Part shown: positions 38,574 through 47,417 of the stretch, in pieces
How the letters are laid out: every line of letters starts with the position of its first letter
Position numbering within the stretch: position 1 is the stretch's first letter
From: an uncultured Ruminococcus sp.
Lineage (GTDB): Bacteria; Bacillota; Clostridia; Oscillospirales; CAG-382
Direction of reading: 5' to 3'
Length of the DNA: 64,000 nt
NCBI GenBank assembly: GCA_964530795.1
Contig: CAZHBX010000004.1
Span: 5,597 to 69,596, forward strand
Program-made: the position numbers and the translations under genes
Notes under the pieces: model-generated
The model's input: the letters and a program-made list of their open reading frames with translations, nothing else
Databases searched by the model: none
Told to the model about the DNA's origin: nothing

Positions 38574-40967
38574 CTATGTTTCCCGCTTCAGCCGGGCGAA
38601 ACTGCCCATGATGCGCTTCTCCGCGCCGTCGTCGAAGCGGATGCTGTAAAGCACATCCCCGCCCACCTCCTGCGTAGTAAGCACCTCCCCCGCGCCAAAC
38701 ATCGGGTGCACTACCCGGTCTCCGGGGGAAAAAACCGGCTGCCCGCCCGACGCCTGCTGCGAATCGGACGAAAGATTCGCGTACCGTGCGCCGGTGAACG
38801 CTGGACCGCGCGCATAAGGCGGCTTCGGCGAGGATGAAACGCGGTCTGCCTCCGGGATCTCCGCGAGGAACCGGGAAGCGACCCGCGCGTCCGTGCGCCC
38901 ATAGAGCATTCGGGCGGCGCAGTGCGTCAGGCAGAGCGACTGCTTGGCGCGGGTGATCGCTACGTAGGCCAGCCGCCGTTCCTCCTCGATGCCGCCCTCT
39001 AAAATCGCCTGCTGGCTGGGAAACAGCCCGTCCTCAAAACCGATGACGAAGACCGACGGGAACTCCAGCCCCTTCGCGGCGTGGACCGTCATGAGCGTCA
39101 CCGCGTCCTGTCCCTCCTCGAGGGCGTCCGCGTCGGAAATCAGCGCCATCTCCTCGAGGAACGCCGGGAGCGTCGGCGTTTCCGACGTTTCCTCGTACTG
39201 CCGGACGGTGGAAAGAAATTCCTGCACGTTTTGTTCGCGCTCGTGCAGATCGTCGCCGTCCGCCTCGGCCTCCTCGGCGAGGAAGCGCAGGTAACCGCTC
39301 TCCTCGAGTACGTAGGAAACTGTGTCCGTCAGACCGTTCCCGGCCGCGAACGCCCGCATCCGGTCGATAAGCGCACCAAATGCCGTCAGCTTGCCCGCCG
39401 CGCGGGACAAGACCGGGTAATCCCCCGCGTGCCGGATGATGTCGTACAGGCTCTTGCCCTCGGCCAACGCGATCGTCTCGGCGCGATCCGCCGTCGTGTC
39501 GCCGATAGCCCTGCGGGGGACGTTGAGGATTCGCCGCAGTCGCACTCCGTCCGACGGGTTGTTAACGACCGACAAATAGGCTACGGCGTCTTTGATTTCC
39601 CGCCGCTCGCTGAACCGCAGCCCGCCGCAGATACGGTACGGGATCCGCGCCTTGACCAGCGCCTGCTCAATGGCGTTCGAAAGCGCTCCGACCCGGTACA
39701 GCACGGCGAAATCCCCGTACCTGCGGCTGCCGTCGGCGACCTGCCGTTTAATCTCCCGCACGACCAGCGCGGATTCCTCCGCCTGCGTCATCGGGCGCTC
39801 GACCCGGATACGCTCCCCCTCCCCCGCGTCCGTCCAGAGGTTCTTGCCCTTCCGGTCGCTGTTGTGACGAATGACGGCGTTCGCGGCGGACAGGATGTGC
39901 CCGGTCGAACGGTAGTTCTGCTCAAGCCGAATAATCCTCGCGTCCGGGAACAGGTCGTCGAAATGTAAAATGTTCTCCACGGTTGCTCCACGGAAGCTGT
40001 AGATGGATTGATCGTCGTCCCCGACGACACAGACATTCCCGTGTCCGCCGCCGAGCTGCGCGATGAGCAGGTTCTGGGCGGGGTTGGTGTCCTGGAACTC
40101 GTCAACAAGGATGTAGGAAAACTGTCGTCGGTAGCGTTCGAGTACCTCCGGGTACTTCCGGAAGAGCAGGTTGGTATAGAGGATCAGATCGTCGAAATCC
40201 AGCGCGTTCGCGTCCTGTAAGGTCCGCTGGTAATCCCGGTAGACCCCGGCGGCGTCGGACAGGCGGGCGTCCCCCTGTATTTCATCGTCGTCCTCAAGGT
40301 CGTCCGGCAAGTACCCTTTCTCCTTAAACTGGGAGATCAGTCCCGTGACCGCCTTGACGGAGAGCAGTTTCTCGTCGATATGGCGTTTCTTCATGACGGC
40401 GGTGACTATCTTTTTCGTGTCGTCCGCGTCATAAATCGTAAAGTTGCCGGTGAACCCGAGCAGGTTGACGTGCCGCCGCAGAATGCGCACGCAGATTGAA
40501 TGAAACGTCCCCGCCCAAATGTCCTTCGCACGCTCCCCGAGCAGCGCGGACAGGCGCTCCTTGCATTCGTTGGCGGCCTTGTTCGTAAATGTGATGCAGA
40601 GCACGCGGTACGGCGCGGCCGGTTCAACCGCGAGCTTTTCGAGTACGGCGCGGATCTGCGAGCGGCTTCCACCGTCCACCTTCGCCATTTCCCCGTACAG
40701 TGTCTCCGCGTCCGGCGGAAGCGCCGTCGATTTCCACGCGTCGCCGAACAGAATGATGTTGCCGATACGGTTGACGAGCACCGTCGTCTTCCCCGACCCC
40801 GCCCCCGCGAGAACGAGCAGCGGACCCTTTACCGTCGAAACCGCTTCCCGCTGCGGTGGGTTGAGAAAGCGGTAATACTGTGCAAACAACGCCTGCTTGC
40901 GCCGGTTGAACCCGGTTTCATCCGTAAGCGTCCCCTCCCCCTGTGCGTTCTTATACTGAGTTTCCAT
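38574..40967 (-). CDS. pcrA: ATP-dependent DNA helicase PcrA/UvrD family
   Basis: LNPPQREAV, AGAGSGKTTVL, and a DEFQDTN-type motif (VDEFQDTNPAQ). ATG 40967 is preferred over the track start 41018. Confidence 0.9.
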   Translation of the reverse strand: METQYKNAQGEGTLTDETGFNRRKQALFAQYYRFLNPPQREAVSTVKGPLLVLAGAGSGKTTVLVNRIGNIILFGDAWKSTALPPDAETLYGEMAKVDGGSRSQIRAVLEKLAVEPAAPYRVLCITFTNKAANECKERLSALLGERAKDIWAGTFHSICVRILRRHVNLLGFTGNFTIYDADDTKKIVTAVMKKRHIDEKLLSVKAVTGLISQFKEKGYLPDDLEDDDEIQGDARLSDAAGVYRDYQRTLQDANALDFDDLILYTNLLFRKYPEVLERYRRQFSYILVDEFQDTNPAQNLLIAQLGGGHGNVCVVGDDDQSIYSFRGATVENILHFDDLFPDARIIRLEQNYRSTGHILSAANAVIRHNSDRKGKNLWTDAGEGERIRVERPMTQAEESALVVREIKRQVADGSRRYGDFAVLYRVGALSNAIEQALVKARIPYRICGGLRFSERREIKDAVAYLSVVNNPSDGVRLRRILNVPRRAIGDTTADRAETIALAEGKSLYDIIRHAGDYPVLSRAAGKLTAFGALIDRMRAFAAGNGLTDTVSYVLEESGYLRFLAEEAEADGDDLHEREQNVQEFLSTVRQYEETSETPTLPAFLEEMALISDADALEEGQDAVTLMTVHAAKGLEFPSVFVIGFEDGLFPSQQAILEGGIEEERRLAYVAITRAKQSLCLTHCAARMLYGRTDARVASRFLAEIPEADRVSSSPKPPYARGPAFTGARYANLSSDSQQASGGQPVFSPGDRVVHPMFGAGEVLTTQEVGGDVLYSIRFDDGAEKRIMGSFARLKRET

Positions 40968-41025
40968 TATATAACAACTGCAAAAAAAAATCAATCCCAT
41001 TTTCCGTCTTTTTTGCAAGAAAACC

Positions 41026-41054
41026 TTGCATTTCCCGGGGGAATCTGCTAAAAT
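41026..41054 (+). promoter_or_regulatory. sigma-A-type promoter
   Basis: TTGCAT, 17 nt, TAAAAT, located 43 nt upstream of ATG 41098. Confidence 0.4.
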
Positions 41055-41097
41055 GAAAGAACGAATATTTCAAAGAGAGAAAGGACGCAACCGCTTT

Positions 41098-43416
41098 ATG
41101 TCTTCCAAACGCAAAACAGTCCGCCGTGCGCTCCTGACGCTGCTGCTCGCTTCTCTGCTCGCGCAGCTGCTCCCGGCAGCCGCGTTCGCCTACGGTGCGG
41201 ACGACCAGACCCTCATCATCACCCACATCAACACGTCCCCGTCCACGGAAGGGTCCGCCATCATCGTCTCCGGCTCCAACGCCAAAACGGTCGGGGAAAA
41301 GGGTTCCTTTGAATGGTGGTGTCTCTACATCTTCGATTGGGACGCGGAGCAGAACTGCTTCGTCCTGACGGAAAAGGACACCGCCGCCGGAGCGGGCAAA
41401 GACAAATCCGCCATGAAGATCCCGCAGTACGGCTTCGCCTACGGCATCTGCGAGGGCAACGACTACTCTTCGTCCGGCGGGATCAACTACCTCACCGAAC
41501 GGGTTCAGAACTCCTATCGCTATGCTTCCACGCTGGAGATCGGTACGAAAGCATACCTCTACGGCACCAGCCTCTACGCCGGGGCCATCAAAACCAACGG
41601 CAAGAACTGGTACGACCCGGAATTCGTTAGCGAGTCCTACATCAAGATCGGCTCGCCGGACGCCGGGAAGACCGCCTACGACCCGGTCGCTTCGTGGGGC
41701 GAAGTCGCGCAGCAGCGCATCCTGACGACCGAAACCGTCAACTCCTCGCACTATGCGGCCGGCGACTGCCTGCTCTTCACTCCGGACAACGGCCTGGTCG
41801 TCGGTGAAGACTACAGCTGGTGGTCCTCCCTCGTCTTCGCGTGGGACGCGGGCCAGAAGTGCTACGTCTGCGTCGCGACCGACCTCAACTCCGGTACCGG
41901 CAACTACAAGCGCCCGGTGCTGCCCCGCAACGGATTCGTCATCATGGACTGCTCCTCCGCCTCTAAGGATGCCGTGCAATCCTGCTCGGTCGGCACGAAG
42001 GCGTGGCTGTATGAGAATCCCGATATGGAAGGACGCCATATCGTATGCCTCAACCTGCCGGAGGACGGCATGGATCTCGTTCTGCTCGGCGACGTCAAGG
42101 ACGTGAATGATCCACAGCTCGCGACCCCGGTCATTACCTCCCCGGCGACGGACGAAGTCGCTGGCACGAAGGGGATCACGATCCGCTGGGACGCGGTCCC
42201 GGGCGCGGAGGAATATACCTTCGCCCTCAGCTGCTCGACGCCCAACCCGTTCAACAGCTTTGTCGTGCAGCCCACCGAGCAGTCCGCCACCGCGTATACC
42301 GTCCAAGCTGACATGCTCAAGGTCGGCTTCGTCTACACGGCAGTCGTCTACGCCAACGGAACCGGCGAAAAGGCGGCCTCGGTTCCCGCCTACGTCCGCT
42401 TTTTCTGCGTCTCCGAGGAATCCCTGACCAGCTCCCTGCGGAACAAAACCATCGTCGCCTTCGGCGATTCGCTGACCGCTCGGAGCGGCTGGGTCAACAT
42501 GCTCGGCGCGAAGATCGGCACCGAGGTCATCAACTCCGGCGTCGGCGGCGACACGACCATCGACGGCAAAAAACGCTTCCAGCGGGATGTCCTCGACAAG
42601 AATCCGGATATTACGCTCATCTGCTTCGGCATGAACGATCAGGCCCAGCAGACCTCCGGCCGCCCGCTCGTTTCGCTCGAAACCTACGCCGAAAACCTGA
42701 CCTATTTCGCCGCAGAAGTGAAAAAGGCCGGCTCGGACGTGGTGTTCATTTGCCCGCACGACGTGTACGCGGCATCCGGCTACTATACGCCCAGCGGCGG
42801 ATTGAACTACGCCTACGGCAACATGGAGAGCTTCTGCAAAGCAATGCGGCAGGTCGCGATCGATACCGGCTCCGACCTGATCGACATCTACGCCGAGACG
42901 CTCGACGAGGACATGAGCAAATTCCTCAACCCGGGCGATGGCATCCACCAGTCGACCTACGGGCACGAACAGTGGACGGAATACGTTTGCGACTACCTGT
43001 TTGCCAAGTATGACGACAAAGACGCGGCGACCGTCACGGTGGAATGCAAGGATGCGGACGGCAGCGCGTATGCGTCCTACACCTTCACCGGGGCGGTCGG
43101 CTCGACGATGTACATCCCCGCGAAGCCGGTTCCCGGAAAAACGCTCGTCGGCGGGGAAAAGCTGCTGACGCTGACCGGCGACGAGACGGTCACCTACCTG
43201 TATTCGGCCGAACCTGCCGCCTCCCTTGGCGACCTGACCGGCGACGGCGAGATCAACTCGCTGGATTACTTGCTGCTCAAGCGGCATGTGCTCGGCTCGT
43301 TCGTCCTCTCGGAGGAGCAGAGGGCCCTCGCGGACGTCAGCCATGACGGCGAGATCAACTCGCACGATTACCTGCTGCTCAAGCGCCATGCGCTCGGCAC
43401 GTACAAGATCGGCTGA
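41098..43416 (+). CDS. secreted SGNH/GDSL hydrolase with tandem N-terminal repeat domains and a C-terminal type I dockerin
   Basis: Signal peptide MSSKRKTVRRALLTLLLASLLAQLLPAAAFA. SGNH blocks FGDSLT, GVGGDT, GMND and DGIHQS. Dockerin repeats GDLTGDGEINSLDYLLLKRHVLG and DVSHDGEINSHDYLLLKRHALG. Confidence 0.85.
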   Translation: MSSKRKTVRRALLTLLLASLLAQLLPAAAFAYGADDQTLIITHINTSPSTEGSAIIVSGSNAKTVGEKGSFEWWCLYIFDWDAEQNCFVLTEKDTAAGAGKDKSAMKIPQYGFAYGICEGNDYSSSGGINYLTERVQNSYRYASTLEIGTKAYLYGTSLYAGAIKTNGKNWYDPEFVSESYIKIGSPDAGKTAYDPVASWGEVAQQRILTTETVNSSHYAAGDCLLFTPDNGLVVGEDYSWWSSLVFAWDAGQKCYVCVATDLNSGTGNYKRPVLPRNGFVIMDCSSASKDAVQSCSVGTKAWLYENPDMEGRHIVCLNLPEDGMDLVLLGDVKDVNDPQLATPVITSPATDEVAGTKGITIRWDAVPGAEEYTFALSCSTPNPFNSFVVQPTEQSATAYTVQADMLKVGFVYTAVVYANGTGEKAASVPAYVRFFCVSEESLTSSLRNKTIVAFGDSLTARSGWVNMLGAKIGTEVINSGVGGDTTIDGKKRFQRDVLDKNPDITLICFGMNDQAQQTSGRPLVSLETYAENLTYFAAEVKKAGSDVVFICPHDVYAASGYYTPSGGLNYAYGNMESFCKAMRQVAIDTGSDLIDIYAETLDEDMSKFLNPGDGIHQSTYGHEQWTEYVCDYLFAKYDDKDAATVTVECKDADGSAYASYTFTGAVGSTMYIPAKPVPGKTLVGGEKLLTLTGDETVTYLYSAEPAASLGDLTGDGEINSLDYLLLKRHVLGSFVLSEEQRALADVSHDGEINSHDYLLLKRHALGTYKIG

Positions 43417-43439
43417 GTTTCAAAAAGCCAAAAAAACCG

Positions 43440-43476
43440 GGGCGCTTCTCCGACGCGGGAAGCGCCCTTCCTCTTT
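43440..43476 (+). terminator. intrinsic terminator
   Basis: GGGCGCTTC-10 nt-GAAGCGCCC followed by TTCCTCTTT. Confidence 0.55.
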
Positions 43477-43565
43477 CCCCAAAGAGGAAAATGGGGTCCG
43501 ATACTACCGCTGCGAACGGTAAAACACCAAAAAGCGAGGCCCGCTTCCGCGGACCTTGCCGAACC

Positions 43566-43636
43566 GCCGATAAATCCTTTTGGGGATATCGGCAACCAAA
43601 TCAAAAAGTTTTTGAGAATTCCCAAGAAACTTCTTT
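43566..43636. repeat. short intergenic repeat, copy A
   Basis: Two blocks match the 58922-59028 region at 20/28 and 31/41 identities (hand alignment). Lies between convergent gene ends. Confidence 0.4.
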
Positions 43637-43675
43637 CAAAAATCCCTTGAATCGGGCATTCAACATGCAGGCCTT

Positions 43676-44245
43676 TCAAACCTGCATCTGGGACGAGAGG
43701 AAGAGCGCCCCGGTGTTGATGAGCTTCTTTGCGGTTTCGTCCGGCGGGAGCGGGGAGTCCGAAAGGGACATGACCGCCCCGACGACGTTTCCCTCGCTGA
43801 CGATCGGCGAGAGGTAGGAAACGAGCATCTCGTGATGCCTGTTCACCGGGGCGTCGTCGGATCCGCCCTCCTCATCGACGACGCTGACCGGGTCGCCGGC
43901 GCCGGCGCTGTAAGGCCGGTGCGTCTCGAGGATGCCGGAGAGGTGCGCGGTGATGGGCTTTTCAAGGTATTCCTTTTTTGGTACGCCTGCCGCGGCGATG
44001 ACGCTGTCGAGGTCGCAGATGGCGACGGGGAACCCGGCGGTCTTGTGAAGCGCCTCAGCGTACTGTGTGGTGAATTCCCCGAATTCCCCGACGGGGGAGT
44101 ATTTCTGAAAGACGACTCCGCCTTCCTCATTCGTAAAGATTTCCAGCGGCTCGCCTTCGCGAATCCGCAGACTGCGGCGGATCTCCTTCGGGATGACGAT
44201 CCGCCCGAGTTCGTCGATGCGGCGAACGATTCCGGTTGCTTTCAT
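43676..44245 (-). CDS. spoVT: stage V sporulation protein T (AbrB-family regulator)
   Basis: The N-terminus MKATGIVRRIDELGRIVIPKEIRRSLRIREGEPLEIF is nearly identical to the B. subtilis SpoVT SpoVT-AbrB domain. The remainder is of GAF-like length. Confidence 0.92.
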   Translation of the reverse strand: MKATGIVRRIDELGRIVIPKEIRRSLRIREGEPLEIFTNEEGGVVFQKYSPVGEFGEFTTQYAEALHKTAGFPVAICDLDSVIAAAGVPKKEYLEKPITAHLSGILETHRPYSAGAGDPVSVVDEEGGSDDAPVNRHHEMLVSYLSPIVSEGNVVGAVMSLSDSPLPPDETAKKLINTGALFLSSQMQV

Positions 44246-44519
44246 ATTTCAATTCTGCCTTTCCTATTTGCTTTCGTTGAACCTTCATTCGCCGTTAGTA
44301 TTTGACGGGATTGCCTTTTTTATCCGTTCTTTCCGCAAAAAGCGCCCGATCTTTCGCGTTTTTTCGCAAAAACCGGCTTTTTTCGGCAACCCCGAAGGGC
44401 GCGGATGCCGGCGCGATATTCTATTCGATGGGATCGTCACGGCCGAGGCAAACGGAAGCAGGGCGGAGGCAGCGGCCGGAAATGGACCGGCGGTCTTTTC
44501 CATGCCTGCGTTACGCGGG

Positions 44520-45131
44520 TTATTTGGCGGATACAAAATATCCGGATAAGGCGGCAAGGACAAACACCGTCAAGACGATCAGATACGGATACAGGCTGGG
44601 AGCGAGGTCGATGACCGTAAGGGGCATGAGCAACGAAAGGCTGCTGCCGATGGACGAGCCGATCGCACCCAGGGCCGCCGAAATCACGAGAATACTGCAA
44701 TTCAGGATCACGGCGTTGGAATTTTTCTTGCAGACCGAGGACAAGGCAAAGCAGACCTCTGCCGCGGTCCAAAGTACGGCAAGTCTCAGTGCATACAGCA
44801 GGAGCAGGGTTTGCCCCAAGCTGATGTTCCAGTCGTACAGCCAAACCCGTGCGAGGCTGGACAGTGGGGCCCGCAAGCACGTTAAATTCCCATAGAAATC
44901 CGCGAGCCTGAATAATTCAGAGCCGTAAACCAAAAGCCAAACCGCAAACGTACAGCTGAAAATCAGTATTTGCTTCGTAAGCCACAGTTTGCGCCTTCCG
45001 GCGGGTGTGCTGTGGAACAGCACCACCGTTTCGGCCTGTTTTTCCTGAGAGACAATGGGCGAGACCAGCAGGACCAAAAACAGCAATGCGGTCAGAGCGA
45101 CTGTATCATGATATTGCTGTACGGTGAACAA
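44520..45131 (-). pseudogene. ABC-2-type transporter permease remnant (N-terminally truncated)
   Basis: 203 aa from TTG, with about 5 TM segments. The frame is open upstream to the TGA at 45270-45272 but has no plausible start or N-terminal domain. Lower GC than the flanks. Confidence 0.55.
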
Positions 45132-45202
45132 CGCCTCATAGGGTTCTGCCGGGACAATCCAATCCTCCTCGCCGGCACGGCCGACCTGAGAGAGCAGCTG
45201 CG

Positions 45203-45761
45203 TCAGAGCCGACCGGCGTTCCGATTCTGCGGCCGCCGCCAGCTCTGCAGACGCAGGCGTTCTTTGGGATCAAGGCCCGCGGTGGGCTCGTCCAGGATCA
45301 GAAGCTTCGGCTCTCCCAGCAAGGCCTGGGCCAAAAGCACCCGCTGCTTCATTCCGCCGGAAAATCCGCCCAGCTTTTTGTGGGCGACCTCCTTTAAGTT
45401 GACGACTTCCAGAAGCTCCTCGATCTGTTTTTTTTGCTTCCCGGCGGGGGATCTCTTTCAGCTCGGCAAGATAGCGTAAAAATTCTCTTGCGCTATATTC
45501 AGGATAGACGCCGCTTTGCTGGGGCATGTAGCCCACCGTCGCCAGAAATTTTTTTCCGAGCGTGAGAATGTCCTTCCCGTCCCACAAAATCTCCCCGGAA
45601 TCCCGTTTCACGTTGTCGGTAATCAGGTTCATCAGGGTCGTTTTCCCCGCGCCGTTTGCCCCGATAATCCCGTATATGCCGCATTGAAAGGAAAAGGAGA
45701 AATGATCCAAGGCGACTTTCTCCCCGTATTTTTTGCAAAGCTGATGAATTTGCAGTTCCAT
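45203..45761 (-). pseudogene. ABC transporter ATP-binding protein, frameshifted and C-terminally truncated
   Basis: The N-terminus is intact (GANGAGKTT). The frame breaks in an A8 run (T8 on the + strand, 45428-45435). Removing one A restores [63 protein letters not shown]. That frame then stops at 45203 with no H-loop region. Confidence 0.75.
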
Positions 45762-45830
45762 AATCCATTCCGCTCCGATGCTGTGATCAAACGCGTTCGC
45801 CCATACTCTTTTTCCAAAAATGCGGCGCGG

Positions 45831-47045
45831 CTATTTCCATGGAGTCTGCTCGAAATCCAGTATGTACGCGTGAACCGGAATATTTCCGGTCCCCAAATCC
45901 GATTTTTCAATATAATAGCGAGGCATACAGTCAAGAGCGTCGGCCAGCATGAAACGCTCCGGGGTCTCCCCGCAGATGACGCCGACAAGCCCGTCAGCAA
46001 GGGAAAAATCAATGTGAACGCTGCCCAAATCCGTAAAATTCCAATCATAGAAGTGTAAAGTCACATCTTCCAGATGATAGTCGGCGGAATAGTCGCTGAC
46101 CACCAAAGTATCCGGAAAGCAGCTCAGGTCGTAATTCCCGCGCAGTCCCGTGTCAAATAAAGCTCTTTCGCTTCCGGTTTCATATGTGTATGCATAAAGG
46201 ATCCCGTCCCTGATAGAGTAGTACGCTTCGCTGCCTAAATACCCAGTCCCGATCTCTTCGGAACACCTGAACTTTTCGGCGGGGGTATTCGTATCCGGGT
46301 CCCATGTGCCATAAATAAATTGCTCTCCCTCCGCGTCATATCCGATCCTGCCGAAAAAGACGTCCCCATCCGTACGAAAAAGCGCTACCGGCACGGACGC
46401 CTCCGCCGGTTCTTTCATTGAGCCGTCCAACTTATAATAATAGCTTGTAGCCATTTGATTCCCCTCGTCATCCAATTTCACGAGTCCGAAGGAGAAAATT
46501 CCGTTGCTGATTTCAGAACCGAAAAGGTTTCTACACCCCCGTTCCTCCATAAAAGTGCCAAGATCGAACACCAGCAACCGTTCGGAGCCGTCTAAATTCA
46601 TCCGGACAACACCTCTTGTGTTTGTATCGTGATCATATTCATAGGTATACAGGAATCCGTCATAATAGCAAATATTCACGCCGGATGGAAAATACGCGTT
46701 GCAGTCTTTGTCCGAATGGGTGCAGTCCGGTCGTCCGCACAATTTGATGACCGTATCGGAACCGTAGTCGGAGTAGAGAAGCCAGTCTCCTGTCGGCGTG
46801 CTGCACATTCAGTAGGTCCCGGTCTCCGTACATTCAAATCCATTTTCCAACACATGAATTCCCTGACGATTTGTTCCCGTTCTGATGGAGGATACGGGGC
46901 ATTCGCCCAGAGGCGTCACAATCGTATCGGATGAGGGATTTGTCGCATCGGACGGGGCATTTTTCGAATCGGAACAACCGCCGAGCGGCAGAAGCGCGGA
47001 GATTGCCAGCAAGAGCGCAACGCAGCATTTCAAATATTTTTTCAT
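45831..47045 (-). pseudogene. DUF5050-like lipoprotein interrupted by an in-frame TGA
   Basis: Signal/lipobox MKKYLKCCVALLLAISALLPLGGC. Track ORFs 46809..47090 and 45831..46808 are in the same frame and separated only by TGA 46811-46809 (..ETGTY*MCSTPTGDW..). The downstream part has propeller-like repeats (VVRMNLDGSERL). Confidence 0.7.
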
Positions 47046-47063
47046 AGATACAACCCTTCTATC

Positions 47064-47102
47064 CAAAATCAAAGAGGGGGCGCACGGCATGTGAGCCCCC
47101 GC
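47064..47102 (-). terminator. intrinsic-terminator-like hairpin inside the leader of the lipoprotein gene
   Basis: On the minus strand: GGGGGC-tcacatgccgtgc-GCCCCC followed by TCTTTGATTTT, ending about 20 nt before ATG 47045. Confidence 0.5.
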
Positions 47103-47417
47103 GAACCGTTAGGTTCTGGGAATAGAATCCTCGAAACTGGCGGCACTGCCTATACGGTACTTACTAAATGCGGCGACTATTTCGCCGGCCACAGCAGGGC
47201 CGTCCGGGTAAGAATAAATATTCGTTGTGGAGGTGGAAACCTCGGTCCCTTGCAAAAGTAGGAAAGGTCCTAAGACAAGGGAGGCGCGGCGCCAACACCG
47301 CCGCTTGCTTTACGTATATAAAACCACCATTTTATAAGGATGTCAATATCTTTTCGTAAAATTTATCCCCCTAAAAGTCCATCCCGCATCCGCCGCTGAA
47401 AGTCCCTCTCGTATGCG

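Noticed and set aside
40951-43389. 812-aa minus-strand ORF
   Set aside because: It is antisense to the dockerin/SGNH gene, which has a signal peptide, catalytic blocks and dockerin repeats. The shadow ORF has none.
46809-46811. The in-frame TGA read as selenocysteine
   Set aside because: The protein is an exported lipoprotein, not a redox enzyme. I see no convincing SECIS-like hairpin in the following 40 nt, and the neighbouring genes of the operon are clearly decayed.
47118-47150. Cobalamin-riboswitch-like words (GGGAAT..GAATCC..GGCGGCACTGCC) on the plus strand
   Set aside because: The GGTGAAA core and the B12-box are missing, and no plus-strand gene lies downstream. The resemblance is too partial.
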